From the IMG/VR virus record IMGVR_UViG_3300001580_000013, positions 1 to 64,000 of that record: a stretch of 64,000 nt of DNA. One strand, 5' to 3'. The stretch comes from a virus (lineage: Duplodnaviria; Caudoviricetes). A model generated the notes under the pieces. That model saw only the letters and a list, made by a program, of their open reading frames with translations, made no database searches and was not told where the DNA came from. The position numbers and the translations under genes were made by a program. Below are positions 50,361-61,200 of the stretch, piece after piece (the first letter of the stretch is position 1; every line of letters starts with the position of its first letter).

Positions 50361-51401
50361 TGTTTGACTTGTATAGGCTGGATCAACTTTTATAAAGTTT
50401 ATTCCATTCTCTTCACAAATCATAGATAGTTTATTCAAAACCTTTGGATAACTCCATCTCTGTAGCTTGTTGTTAAATTTCTTTGAAAACTTTGATTTTG
50501 ATTTTACATTCTTTAAATCTTCTACCACTATAATTTGTATATTTTCTGTTTCTATTTTATTGATAGATTGATTTATTAAATTATCTCTCTCAGTTAATGC
50601 TTGCTTAAAATTTTTGCTTCCTTGTTTCTTTCTTGATAGTTTTTGATATATTTTCTCCATACCCAAATCATATATTTTATTATCTGAACTTATTAATAAT
50701 TTCTTATAACCGCAATCTAAACCAATTGATTTACCGCTCAATTTCCTCACAAGTTCTTCTTTCTCCCACAGCAAATCAAAGTAAAAATTATTGTTAACTT
50801 TGTTCAACGATATAGAATTTTTTAATTTCCAACCAGATGTTCTAAATTTATTTGAATGAGAATGATATTTGATGGGGATGTTAATTGTTTGATAGTGATA
50901 ATTGTCTTTAGTGTGATATGGTGTAGTTAATCTAATAAATGAATCAAAGGATTTAGAATCTGTGGTGAAGTTAAACAATCTTTCGGGTAATATTATGGTT
51001 ACATTATTTAATTTTGGTTTGGTGAAATATTTTGTTTGTTGAATTGGATTTAATTTTAATTCCGAGAATTTCTTAGATGTAAATTTATTATGTCTATTCT
51101 GTTCTTTCATTTTAGCATAAATTCTTCCATAAGCTTTAAATCTTCTATTAGAAGCTTTCTTATACTGACTCCTTATAATTTCAGAAGCTTGTCCGTAACA
51201 CAACTGTCTCCAACGAGAGTCTGTAATAAAATCTGAAGATAATAATTTAGATGTCATATTCTTTTTTAATTCAAGTTTATCGGATACAATTTGATCAATA
51301 TAAACTTCAATTTGTTTCTTGCAATCAGAATAAATTTGTTCAAGCATATCTAATTTATTTTTGTTCGCGAATTTTAGTATGTGTTTACTTCTTCTTATCA
51401 T
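50193..51401 (-). CDS. tnpB: RNA-guided endonuclease TnpB (copy 2)
   Basis: GLDCG, VVEDL, CSKCG/CLSCG, DADFNASINI; start MIRRSKH at 51401 gives 402 aa like copy 1. Confidence 0.93.
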   Translation of the reverse strand: MIRRSKHILKFANKNKLDMLEQIYSDCKKQIEVYIDQIVSDKLELKKNMTSKLLSSDFITDSRWRQLCYGQASEIIRSQYKKASNRRFKAYGRIYAKMKEQNRHNKFTSKKFSELKLNPIQQTKYFTKPKLNNVTIILPERLFNFTTDSKSFDSFIRLTTPYHTKDNYHYQTINIPIKYHSHSNKFRTSGWKLKNSISLNKVNNNFYFDLLWEKEELVRKLSGKSIGLDCGYKKLLISSDNKIYDLGMEKIYQKLSRKKQGSKNFKQALTERDNLINQSINKIETENIQIIVVEDLKNVKSKSKFSKKFNNKLQRWSYPKVLNKLSMICEENGINFIKVDPAYTSQTCSKCGHKHKDNRKLEKFLCLSCGRTVDADFNASINILHRGIYSSSTENKANSKVS

Positions 51402-51406
51402 ATTTT

Positions 51407-51414
51407 TATTTATA
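51407..51414 (-). promoter_or_regulatory. T4-type late promoter driving tnpB-2
   Basis: TATAAATA-AAAAT-ATG. Confidence 0.75.
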
Positions 51415-51420
51415 AAATTT

Positions 51421-51708
51421 TTATATATGTGTATAAAATGATGTAATCCCATCGAACCATATCACCAATTTATACTTACAACCATTTCTTTTGTATTTTA
51501 CATATTCAGCTATCTTGACACTATTATTTATAATATTTCCAATTTCAAAATCAGAAAATTCAGAATCAACCAAAAATCCTTCTTTTTTATCTGCATATTC
51601 TATATCAATTCTTGTTATGTTTTCTAAAGAAAGTTTTACTCCCTTATCATACTTGTCAGAAGAAAGATCGTGTTGGAATGTTCGTGTATTTGTTTTTATT
51701 TTAATCAT
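51421..51708 (-). CDS. hypothetical protein
   Basis: ORF in minus-strand run. Confidence 0.6.
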   Translation of the reverse strand: MIKIKTNTRTFQHDLSSDKYDKGVKLSLENITRIDIEYADKKEGFLVDSEFSDFEIGNIINNSVKIAEYVKYKRNGCKYKLVIWFDGITSFYTHI

Positions 51709-51862
51709 ATTATTATTTCATTTTTTCTATATTCTATTTTCTTTTCTGGTTCTTTCTTAAAAATTCTCATAGTACCAATAACAATGGAACCAATCCAAAT
51801 TAGTAAGATGAAGGTTATTAGTACTCCTCGATATTCTGTAATTAAGTTTTCCATAATCTTAT

Positions 51863-52414
51863 TTATAAATTAACTCCAACGAAATATAATAAAGGTAAAA
51901 TTAAACTGTAATCATAAAACCTATCGCTGTAGGGATATGGTTTTCCAAACATCCAATAAGTAGTCATTGTTAACCTATGTTTAAAGCTGTTGAACATTGT
52001 ATAATTCATAACTCTTTTGTAAATCCAATTTCCGATTAGCCACCAAGCCGATAATAAAAAGAAATCCATTCCACCAATTAAAAACATAATAAACGGAATA
52101 GAAAATTCTAATCCCCGAAATGTGTGATAATCTATAATTATATTTTTAATTATTAAATTTGATTTATCATAAATTTTTCTATTTATCCATATATATACAG
52201 CAAACATAATGGTATAGAGCGATTGTACGATGAGTGAATATTGTAAGGTGATAAACGCAATCGACAATACAAAAAAATTGACTATATTAAACCACGAATT
52301 TTTTGATAATTTCCAGAATATAATATTCTCTTTTTTCCACTGCAAACCTTCACGAACTCCTGATGAGAAAAAGATTAATAATACTAATAGTGAATATATA
52401 TAATTTTGATTCAT
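51863..52414 (-). CDS. multi-pass membrane protein
   Basis: 4-5 hydrophobic segments. Confidence 0.6.
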   Translation of the reverse strand: MNQNYIYSLLVLLIFFSSGVREGLQWKKENIIFWKLSKNSWFNIVNFFVLSIAFITLQYSLIVQSLYTIMFAVYIWINRKIYDKSNLIIKNIIIDYHTFRGLEFSIPFIMFLIGGMDFFLLSAWWLIGNWIYKRVMNYTMFNSFKHRLTMTTYWMFGKPYPYSDRFYDYSLILPLLYFVGVNL

Positions 52415-53514
52415 TGTATCTCCTTTATTTTAATTCCGGGTTCCCAACCATCATTTAAATATTTCTCAAGTTCTGATTCATGTATTTGTGTTCTTTTTTG
52501 TAATTTATCGTTATGAACCCATTTAAACCCTTTGGTGGTTCCCACTAATTCTCCAGTTTTTAATCTTGGGTCATTTTCATCAACTTGTATATATTTTCTT
52601 GATATAGTATCAAACATATTCTTTTTCTTTGCCATTACACCAACTAATTCACCACTTATCCATCTTGGGTCATTTTTATCTACTTGAAATATATTTCCAT
52701 CTTTGTCTTTTGATTGAATTTTTCCTTTACAGATGTGTACCAGTTCTCCATTAGATATTCTCGGGTCATCTTTATCTACTTGAATGGTGTTGCCTTCTTT
52801 ATCTTTAACAACCGCCTTGCCTTTAAAACAACTAACCAACTCACCACTCAACCATCTCTCGTCTGTTTTATCAATTTGAAAGGTGTTGCCATCTTTATCC
52901 TTGACAGTTACTTTTCCCGTGGTCATGTGAACCAATTCCCCACTCGTATATCTGTTATCAGTTGTAGAAATTGAAAGAAATTTACCATTCTCATCTTTTA
53001 CAATAACTTTTTCTTTCGTTATAGATTCTAATTCTCCATCGGCTATTCTTGGGTCGTCTTTATCAACTTGAAAAGTATTTCCGTCTTTATCTCTGACAGC
53101 ACCCATTCCTTTAAAACAACTAACCAACTCACCACTCAAATATCGTTCATCGTGTATTGAAACTTGTGAAGTGTTACCATCTTTGTCTTTTACACTAACC
53201 ATTCCAATATTCTTATATCCAATATCTCCATTCCCACCAAGAGTCATATTATAAGTGTCATCTCTCCTAAGTAAATCTCTATTAATGAGTTCTTTTTCTT
53301 TTAATATCATTTCTTCTTGTGTATCAAACACAAATAATATTTCTTTTTTAAAATTTTCTTTTCCATATTTTTTAATTGCTCGTTTAATACCGATACCACT
53401 ACCCAAATATTTATCATCGACATTCTTTGTTTTGTGCATACCGATATAAAATTTACCATTAATAATATTAGTTATTTTATATATCGTGTAAAATATTTTC
53501 TTTTCTTCGTTCAT
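52411..53514 (-). CDS. GIY-YIG homing endonuclease (Seg-like) with seven 32-aa repeats
   Basis: YTIYKITNIINGKFYIGMH...YLGSG...F.KEIL...E...YN..LGG; repeats VKDKDGNTFQVDKDDPR..SGELV. Confidence 0.9.
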   Translation of the reverse strand: MNEEKKIFYTIYKITNIINGKFYIGMHKTKNVDDKYLGSGIGIKRAIKKYGKENFKKEILFVFDTQEEMILKEKELINRDLLRRDDTYNMTLGGNGDIGYKNIGMVSVKDKDGNTSQVSIHDERYLSGELVSCFKGMGAVRDKDGNTFQVDKDDPRIADGELESITKEKVIVKDENGKFLSISTTDNRYTSGELVHMTTGKVTVKDKDGNTFQIDKTDERWLSGELVSCFKGKAVVKDKEGNTIQVDKDDPRISNGELVHICKGKIQSKDKDGNIFQVDKNDPRWISGELVGVMAKKKNMFDTISRKYIQVDENDPRLKTGELVGTTKGFKWVHNDKLQKRTQIHESELEKYLNDGWEPGIKIKEIQ

Positions 53515-53519
53515 ATAAT

Positions 53520-53527
53520 TATTTATA
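53520..53527 (-). promoter_or_regulatory. T4-type late promoter, 5 nt before ATG
   Basis: TATAAATA-ATTAT-ATG. Confidence 0.75.
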
Positions 53528-53568
53528 AGAATATTGCTAAGATTGTTATAACCATTTGTTACTCCTTT

Positions 53569-54429
53569 TTATCTATTTAATACTCTATTTATTTCCAAAT
53601 CCATATAATCAATATAAAGTAAATCTATACTACTCGTTCCACTATTCCAACATTTTACTCCATGTCCAGTATAAGTTGTTGGTAAATTAGTAGTTATTGT
53701 TGCAGACCACAAAGGAGCAGAATTGATTGTTGAAGTTATTTCAAATAATATACTATTATAAGCAGAATTAACAGTTATAACCGCATTATACCAAGTGTTT
53801 GCAGTAAGATTTGATATAGTTCCTGCTCCTGCACTATTACTTGTGTTTGCTCCATTATAGGTATAAGCAGTTAAATTTGCTGTTCCACCTGCTGTTGATT
53901 TAACCCGTATAAGTGCTGATTGTGCTCCTATTGTTGCTGTCGTTGTATTTACAAATCCAAATAATAAAGTAGAATCTAAAGTATTCCCGGCATCTATAAA
54001 ACTTGCAGGAATTTTGAATATTGCTCTCGTTTTTTCTCCACCAGATAAAACAAATTGAGAAGTATTAGTTAAAACATAATAACCCGAATCTGCACCGGTA
54101 CCAGATTTTAGAGGAACTACACCAATATGATTAGCATCTGCCTGTCCGCTTATTCCTGTTGCTAAAGTACCGCCAGTTCCAATAGCTCCACCATACCAAT
54201 GGTCAAAATTGGCAGCATTTCCAAAGAAAAAATCATTTGCCCATTTCTGACTATCCATAACAACCCTCGAAGAATATTTTTGAGTAATATTATCAGTAGT
54301 TGCTAAAGTTCCTGTTATTGAGGTATTTCCTGCTCCTAAAGTTCCTATCACACCCAAATTACCTGTTACTGAAACATTTCCCGTAGTTGCTAAAGTTCCA
54401 ATTATTTCCGTATCTTTCAATTTTGCCAT
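53569..54429 (-). CDS. fibre/lectin-like virion protein
   Basis: N-terminal GTLATT/GNLGV fibre-shaft repeats; beta-sandwich C-terminus. Confidence 0.55.
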   Translation of the reverse strand: MAKLKDTEIIGTLATTGNVSVTGNLGVIGTLGAGNTSITGTLATTDNITQKYSSRVVMDSQKWANDFFFGNAANFDHWYGGAIGTGGTLATGISGQADANHIGVVPLKSGTGADSGYYVLTNTSQFVLSGGEKTRAIFKIPASFIDAGNTLDSTLLFGFVNTTTATIGAQSALIRVKSTAGGTANLTAYTYNGANTSNSAGAGTISNLTANTWYNAVITVNSAYNSILFEITSTINSAPLWSATITTNLPTTYTGHGVKCWNSGTSSIDLLYIDYMDLEINRVLNR

Positions 54430-54431
54430 CG

Positions 54432-55199
54432 TTATATCTCCAAAAATTCATTTTTTACTGTTACATCGTTTGTATTAATTCTCATATTTACATCTAAAGT
54501 GTCATCTTCTATAAATTCCTCACATCTAACAGTTCCGTCATTTCCCATTAGAAAGTTTGAGGGATAATTCCAAATTTCTGATACTTGCCAAAAACTTGTA
54601 AGAGTTCCATTTACTGTTAATTCAGTTCCTTTATTGCCTGTAATAGTTGAACCTGTTCCATTATTTATGTACCAAGTTTCATTGTTTATTTGAAAGGAGT
54701 ATATTTCATCAATCAAATAAGCGTTAGCACCATTTCTATTATATATCCACATAATGTCATTTGTGGTTACACTTCTCGTTACGGTTTGTGTATATACTTG
54801 AGAAAAAGTTTTTGATAGGTAAGAATATTCATAAAATATTATAATATAGTTCGCACCATCTTTCGTAGCACTCAATTTGTATATATTACCCGTTGTTATG
54901 TAAGGTGTTAAATTTATTTCAGTGTACTGATTACCTATTGCCATATATAAACCGTTATTATATTTGAACAAATGGTATCTGCTTGTACCACCACCAAAAA
55001 CACCATAATATACTTGAGTTGTAGTAGCATAAATGTATTTAAAAACAATCTCGCTGAAATTTACTTCATTAGCAGGAATCCCAGTATTAATATAAACATT
55101 TGTTCCATTCCCCTTTCCAGCATAAGAAATTTCATTGATTTCCATTCCACCAATTGCTGATAAATCTCCAGTATTCGTCAGTTGATAAGTCTTGCTCAA
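54432..55199 (-). CDS. ConA/LamG-like virion protein
   Basis: GNGTNVYINTG...IYSFQI pattern typical of phage lectin modules. Confidence 0.55.
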   Translation of the reverse strand: MSKTYQLTNTGDLSAIGGMEINEISYAGKGNGTNVYINTGIPANEVNFSEIVFKYIYATTTQVYYGVFGGGTSRYHLFKYNNGLYMAIGNQYTEINLTPYITTGNIYKLSATKDGANYIIIFYEYSYLSKTFSQVYTQTVTRSVTTNDIMWIYNRNGANAYLIDEIYSFQINNETWYINNGTGSTITGNKGTELTVNGTLTSFWQVSEIWNYPSNFLMGNDGTVRCEEFIEDDTLDVNMRINTNDVTVKNEFLEI

Positions 55200-55220
55200 A
55201 AATTCCTCACTCTTTTTCTT

Positions 55221-55228
55221 TATTTATA
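55221..55228 (-). promoter_or_regulatory. T4-type late promoter
   Basis: TATAAATA 21 nt before 55199. Confidence 0.7.
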
Positions 55229-55229
55229 A

Positions 55230-58200
55230 CTAATTGATAATAAAATCAATACTATTACTAACCGAATTAAATTTCATAACAGCATTTGTACCCATTCTAA
55301 ATTCTGTTGCTTCTATATCACCAGTTGTTTCAATATCAGAAGTTCCTGCATCTATCGTTCCTGCTACTGCATTTATTATTTTATCTCCACTTTCTAATGT
55401 AATATCGCCAACTACAGTTAAATCAGAAGTAGTCCGTACTATACCAGCACCTTTAGGAACTAATTCAATATCATAATCTGTTCCAATTCCTTTGGCTTTC
55501 CACTGATTTTTCAGAGTATCTTGGTCTTCTTCAAAATGTTCAAATAACCTATCCAATGTAATATTCACAGCAGGATAATCTAACTGAGAATTGTAAGTTC
55601 CACCACCGTGTATTAGAACATTTTGAGTTGTTAATGGTGAACCACTTCTTTTTGCTTTTACTCTTATTGCTAATTTATCTCCAGCAACAAAAGTATGTTG
55701 AACATCCGCAGTCACAACGAAAGTATAAGCCTCAATATTAGTTGCAAGTGGAGCTACTATTTCTGCTGATGAATAAGTATGTAATATTGTTCCTACACTA
55801 TCCAAAACTAATAAATCAACTTGGAATGTTACTCCTCTATTTGCAGTTGTTTTTTGCAAGTAAAGATAAGATTCAAATCTATCACCAATTTCAATAGAAG
55901 TCCTGTAATTCATAGCATCTTCAAATTCAATCCAAGTTTCTAACTCTGTTTGAGTATCCTGTGAAACTGAATAAGTATTAGAAAATGATGCTTGTGCTGT
56001 CAAACTTAATAATTTATTTATTCCACTATCTGTATTTGTTAAATATGCAATTCTGTCTTGGTAAACACTTAGAGCGTTTTTTAATCTTTGCTCTGTTATA
56101 TATTCAGCATTTCTATATGAAGTGGCTGTTGAAACTCTTTCGGCTTCCCACATTTTAGTTACGCCATCACCTTCAACTTGGAAAGCGGGTCTTAAATCAT
56201 TATGGGCAGAATAAACAGCCAATCTCGTATTAGTATGACGACAAATTGAACTCAACTCAGCAGGAGTAGAATAAGCGGTAACAGGAATTAATCTTAGCCA
56301 ATAACCTTCTGTGCCATCAATAGTCTTTTTAGCCCAATCCACAAATTCTGTATTATCCCATATTATATCACCATTTGCTGTAAGGTTTGTTGTTGAATCT
56401 ATAGCATTTGGAACATCAACCCAAGCATCAGAACTATTCAAATATTGAACTTTAAAAGTACCACCAACGCCATATTGTGATAATATAACATTGACAGCAC
56501 TCCATTTTGAAGCATTTCCAAGATAAAGATAATGGTCGGTATCTCCTAATATTTCAAAACTATCAGCTATACTACATTGAGTTGTTGCTGATTTGTAAGT
56601 ATAATCTATAAAAGTTGAACCAGCATCCTCAGAAACCATGACTCTGTGTATCATAGGAGGTTTGATATCCATTGTACTTGGTGGGTCTTGTGAGAATCCT
56701 CTTACAGACCAAGTATCCGTTAAACTATGACCAGTTGTTGCTCCAAAAGTTATATAAACACCTTCTCTTAATTCATAAGGAGTAATTTGACAAGGAATAA
56801 GAGTTCCACCAGAAGTCCAAGTTGAACCTGTTCCGCCAGCATTGATTAAATATTCCCATCTGAAAGTATCGGGTGTTCCTACACTATCAATATAAATTCT
56901 GAAAGCTGTTGTTGTATTTCCTTCAAAATTTCCACTTGCAGTTACATCATTTAATCCTGTTCCATTATAAGCTACATAAGGACTTACTAAACTTATTGGT
57001 CTATTAAATCCAAATCTACCATTTCTACTTATTACTAAAGGATTTTCTTGGCTATCTAAATTGTAAAAATACATAAATCGAGCATCTTCGTTTCTCCAAG
57101 CACCTTGAATAGCCCATTTATCTACACCATTGTCCTTGAACACAATTTGTTTATCAGTATCAACTGCACCATCAAGGAATAAACCATTTTCTTGTAAATT
57201 ATCACCACCCAAATCAGTGTCATCTGTCGCGTTTATAGTTACATCACCTATGAAATTATGAGTTGTTTTTACTATAACACCAGCTTTATCCACATAATAA
57301 CCATAATCGAGTGAATTTATTGTTGGATTCTTTCCACTTAAAGTAGCAGATATAACATTAACACTATTCATTGATATTTTACTATTTGTTGTTTCTAAAT
57401 CCGCAAATAAAGAAATAGAACCATTTGAATTGAATTGAATATTAATATCTTTGTCAGTACTACTAATAAAAAGTTGGTTGTCTTGGAACGGGTCTAAGTA
57501 TATTTCGTTATACATAGTTCCGCTACCATAAAGATACGCATCCCACAGGCTTATACCACCAACAGATTCAATATATTTTGGTGTTGGTAATGCACCTTCT
57601 TCTCCAATAAATATATTTCCTTTTAAATGAGCAGAATAATAGTCATCAAATCCCAATATACTATCATTTACAATAAGACCGTTTGAAGTTATTTTTTTAT
57701 CTGTTTCAACGTTTCCATCTCTATCAATGCTAACTAAGCTATCATATCCTTTTATAGCAAAAGTATATTCAGTAGAAACCTCATAAGCACTATAACCCGC
57801 AGGAATCGCTTGGTCAACTAATGGAGTTTCTAAAATATCCCAACCCTCTGACAAATGTTTATGAATGTATAATCTATGTTCGTCATATATACCTGTAAAA
57901 TATTCGAGATAAGACTCACAATTATCATTCGGATTTTCTTGGTTTATTGCATCTTTGGTAACCACTCTTAATTTTTCTATCTGTGAATATTGATAACCTT
58001 CCATAGAAGTTGAGTGTAAAATATGGATAGATACTCCAGATTTATTTCCTATATCAGAAGTAACCGTAAATATTAAACTTCCATTCTGTCTGCAATAACC
58101 GTCTGGAGGAGCTGGAATAGTATTCAGCCAATCACCACCATACCGTATTTCAAACATTGCGTGAGAAGTGCTTGAACTATTAGGACAAGTTGCTATACGA

Positions 58201-61200
58201 ACCCATTTACCAATAGAACTAACGCCCATTAAATTACATTGAAATCCTTCATCAACTTTATTTCCTCTAATATTTTCCTTTGCTATTATAGAACTTTCAA
58301 CCTCTAAATCCCAAATTTGTGTAAGATAATCTGAATTACATCTCCACATATAGTATCCGTCTTCAAACTCATTGTATCGTTCTAATTTAAACCAATTTCT
58401 GCCTTCATCATCTTTATCTTCTCCGAGCAACCAAAGAGGAACAGAACCATCACCAACATCACCAAATTTTATTATGTTATCTGCTGTTGGGTGGTCTATA
58501 TTTGCTGATTGGGCTTTAACATTCCCCTCCCCATTAACATTAAATACAGTTTCACCCGCATAGTTATTAACTTGGAATACATCAAGCGCATCTCCACCAA
58601 CCTGCCCATTCTGAAATGTTACACCATCTCTTGTAGCATCAGTTACAATTTCACCAACAGGAGAATTGTTATATGCTTGTTGTAAAGTAGTTGTACCGCC
58701 AATTCCGCCAATACTCTGATTAACTTCACCAAATCTATTTAGTTCTATAAATTTTGCTTGTAATGGGTTGGATAAGTCTGTGGCATTTTTTGAAACTACT
58801 ATAACACCTCTGAATAATCCGTTCTCTGCTATATTTTGTTCTACCGCAAACACTTCTGTATTAACTGCGGCAAGAGCATCTGCCATATTTTTATATACTG
58901 CTTGACCATATTGAATACGAATTAAATTAGATGAAAATAATGCTACTCTCATTATACTAAATTCGTATGGAGCAGTAATAGCAGTTTTTACGCCGTTGCG
59001 GTCATAGTAACCAACATCTAAGGTATTTGTGTCTAATCCCTCTGGTGTTAATAGAGTTATACTTCTTGTTCTGTGTCTCAAAGTGGCTGGAGCACTCAAA
59101 CTATCCAAAAATTTTAAATTTGGATTATCTGAACCATTTAGTTCATGGAAATTTACACCTTTTTTGAAAATCTCACCAGAAGATTTGTTTAGATACTTGT
59201 TGACTCCATTCGCAGATATAATATTGCCATTAACATTAAAAACTCTTATAGCATCAAGTAAATCGTTATATTGACCTGCCACGTTCTTCGCCACATCTGG
59301 CATACTATTGAAAGCATTTATTGTTGTCATATTACTATGAATTACTGCACCAATTAATATGTAGTTTCTTCTATCTGTTGGCGTAAAAGGACTCGAACTT
59401 TGAACAATCTGAGTTAATCCGATTGGTTGTGAATAATCCAAAGCAATATATGTAACTAATTGAGTTGTTAAATTTGTAAGCGGTATCTCATCTAATTCTG
59501 CAAATTGAGTAACACCATCTTCTAAGGAATAATATGAACCTGCTGTAATTTTAAATTTTGTAGTTGGAGCAAGAGTAGCAATATCAAGTTTCATTCCATT
59601 CTTAACACCATTAGTAACAAGTGTACGGTCAGCATCATCTAATCTGTTTATAGTGTTTTCATCAATAAAATCAAAAGAAGTATTATTGAATGCTGAAGTA
59701 ACTATTGTAGTGTTATTACCTTTTCTGACTATTATTCTTCCAGCTAACATTCCTAAACTTTGAAATGGTGGGGGTAATTCGGAAACATCTGGAGCAGGAA
59801 TTTCCATAACATTAGTAAATTTATATGGAGTATTACCTAATAATATACAAGCGTGTTTTGTTCCATCTGTTAAAACTGCTCTATAAACCCAGTTAATAGC
59901 ATAATCGTTCCAAGTAGGTAATTCGGCTAAACCAGTAGCTACATCATTATATTGAGAGTTGTTATATTTAGTTGCGGCTTCTCTGTACCATTCAGTACCG
60001 ATCTTATACCATATATAACAAGTATCTACCGAACTATCAAAGGAGTCAACAAAATATCTATGAACCCTACCTCTCCAAATATAACCTTCTGAAAGTATTA
60101 TTTTTCTATCGGCGTCATTTGAAGCAGATAATTCCATTCCACTTTCTGCTGTCCATCTTTCAGTCCTAACCAAACCGTCAGCAATTTTATTTGCTAATCC
60201 TTGAGATGCTAAATCCCAATTAACTTCAAAAAATGAAATTTCTCCATCCATATCCATTCTGTAAATTGTATAGATTGGGATTATTTTTAATTGGTCTATA
60301 AGATGCGGAGCTTCTCTTGTCTGATATACTTCTACAGATTCTGTATTGCCATCAAATACTATGTAATTGATACTATTTGCGACTAAAGTTAAAGTTTGTT
60401 CTGCTATTTCGTATCTTAATAGAGGAAGCGCACCATTAATATCTGAATAAACATTATAAGTTCCGGCTGAAAGTATCATGTTTCCTGTTTTGACACCGCC
60501 AACTTCTTCTGCTGTTATGGAAGGTAAAGTTCCCGTTACTCCGGCCGTATGATTTATATTTCGTATATTATAATAATCGAGTTGTCCTGCTGGCGCATTT
60601 CCATGTTCATAAGTGTCATAAGCAGAGTCTAAATCTATATATTTAGTTTCTATATCATTCGCTGTTAATTTGTTAGTTCCCAAATCTACATCTTTATTAG
60701 CACCAGTGTAAGGAATAAAACCAGATAAATCTTGATTTTGAGATTTTTGCCAAACTGTTCCATTATACATTACCCAATCGCCAACTTTAAACTCTATCAA
60801 TTCTCCGTCAAATGTTTGAGAACCCTCTACGGAAGTTACATAAAAATCTCCAGTGTTTCCCGTTCCATCTATAAGAGTTGGTGTATTTGTTAAAGCATTC
60901 CAAGTTCCTTTATATTCTATAACACTATCTGGTAATTGTGATGGGTCTATTTTACCATTTATTAATCCCGGATATCCATTAGTTTGATTTTTTTCTGAAA
61001 GAAGTTGATAGTTCCCCACAACACTTCCAGTATAATCTATAATTTTGTTGGATGTCCATAGATCGGTATTTGTAGTACCGGTATCGTTTATTTTGTATAT
61101 GAATTTAAAGTTTGTTTGATCAAAACTTAATATATTTCCATTCACATCATAATTAGTTGAATCAACATCAAACAATTTCGTCAGATAATAATTACTCATG

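Noticed and set aside
51402-51452. ORF-track start of tnpB-2 at 51452
   Set aside because: The extension overlaps the upstream gene and late promoter; alignment with copy 1 puts the start at 51401
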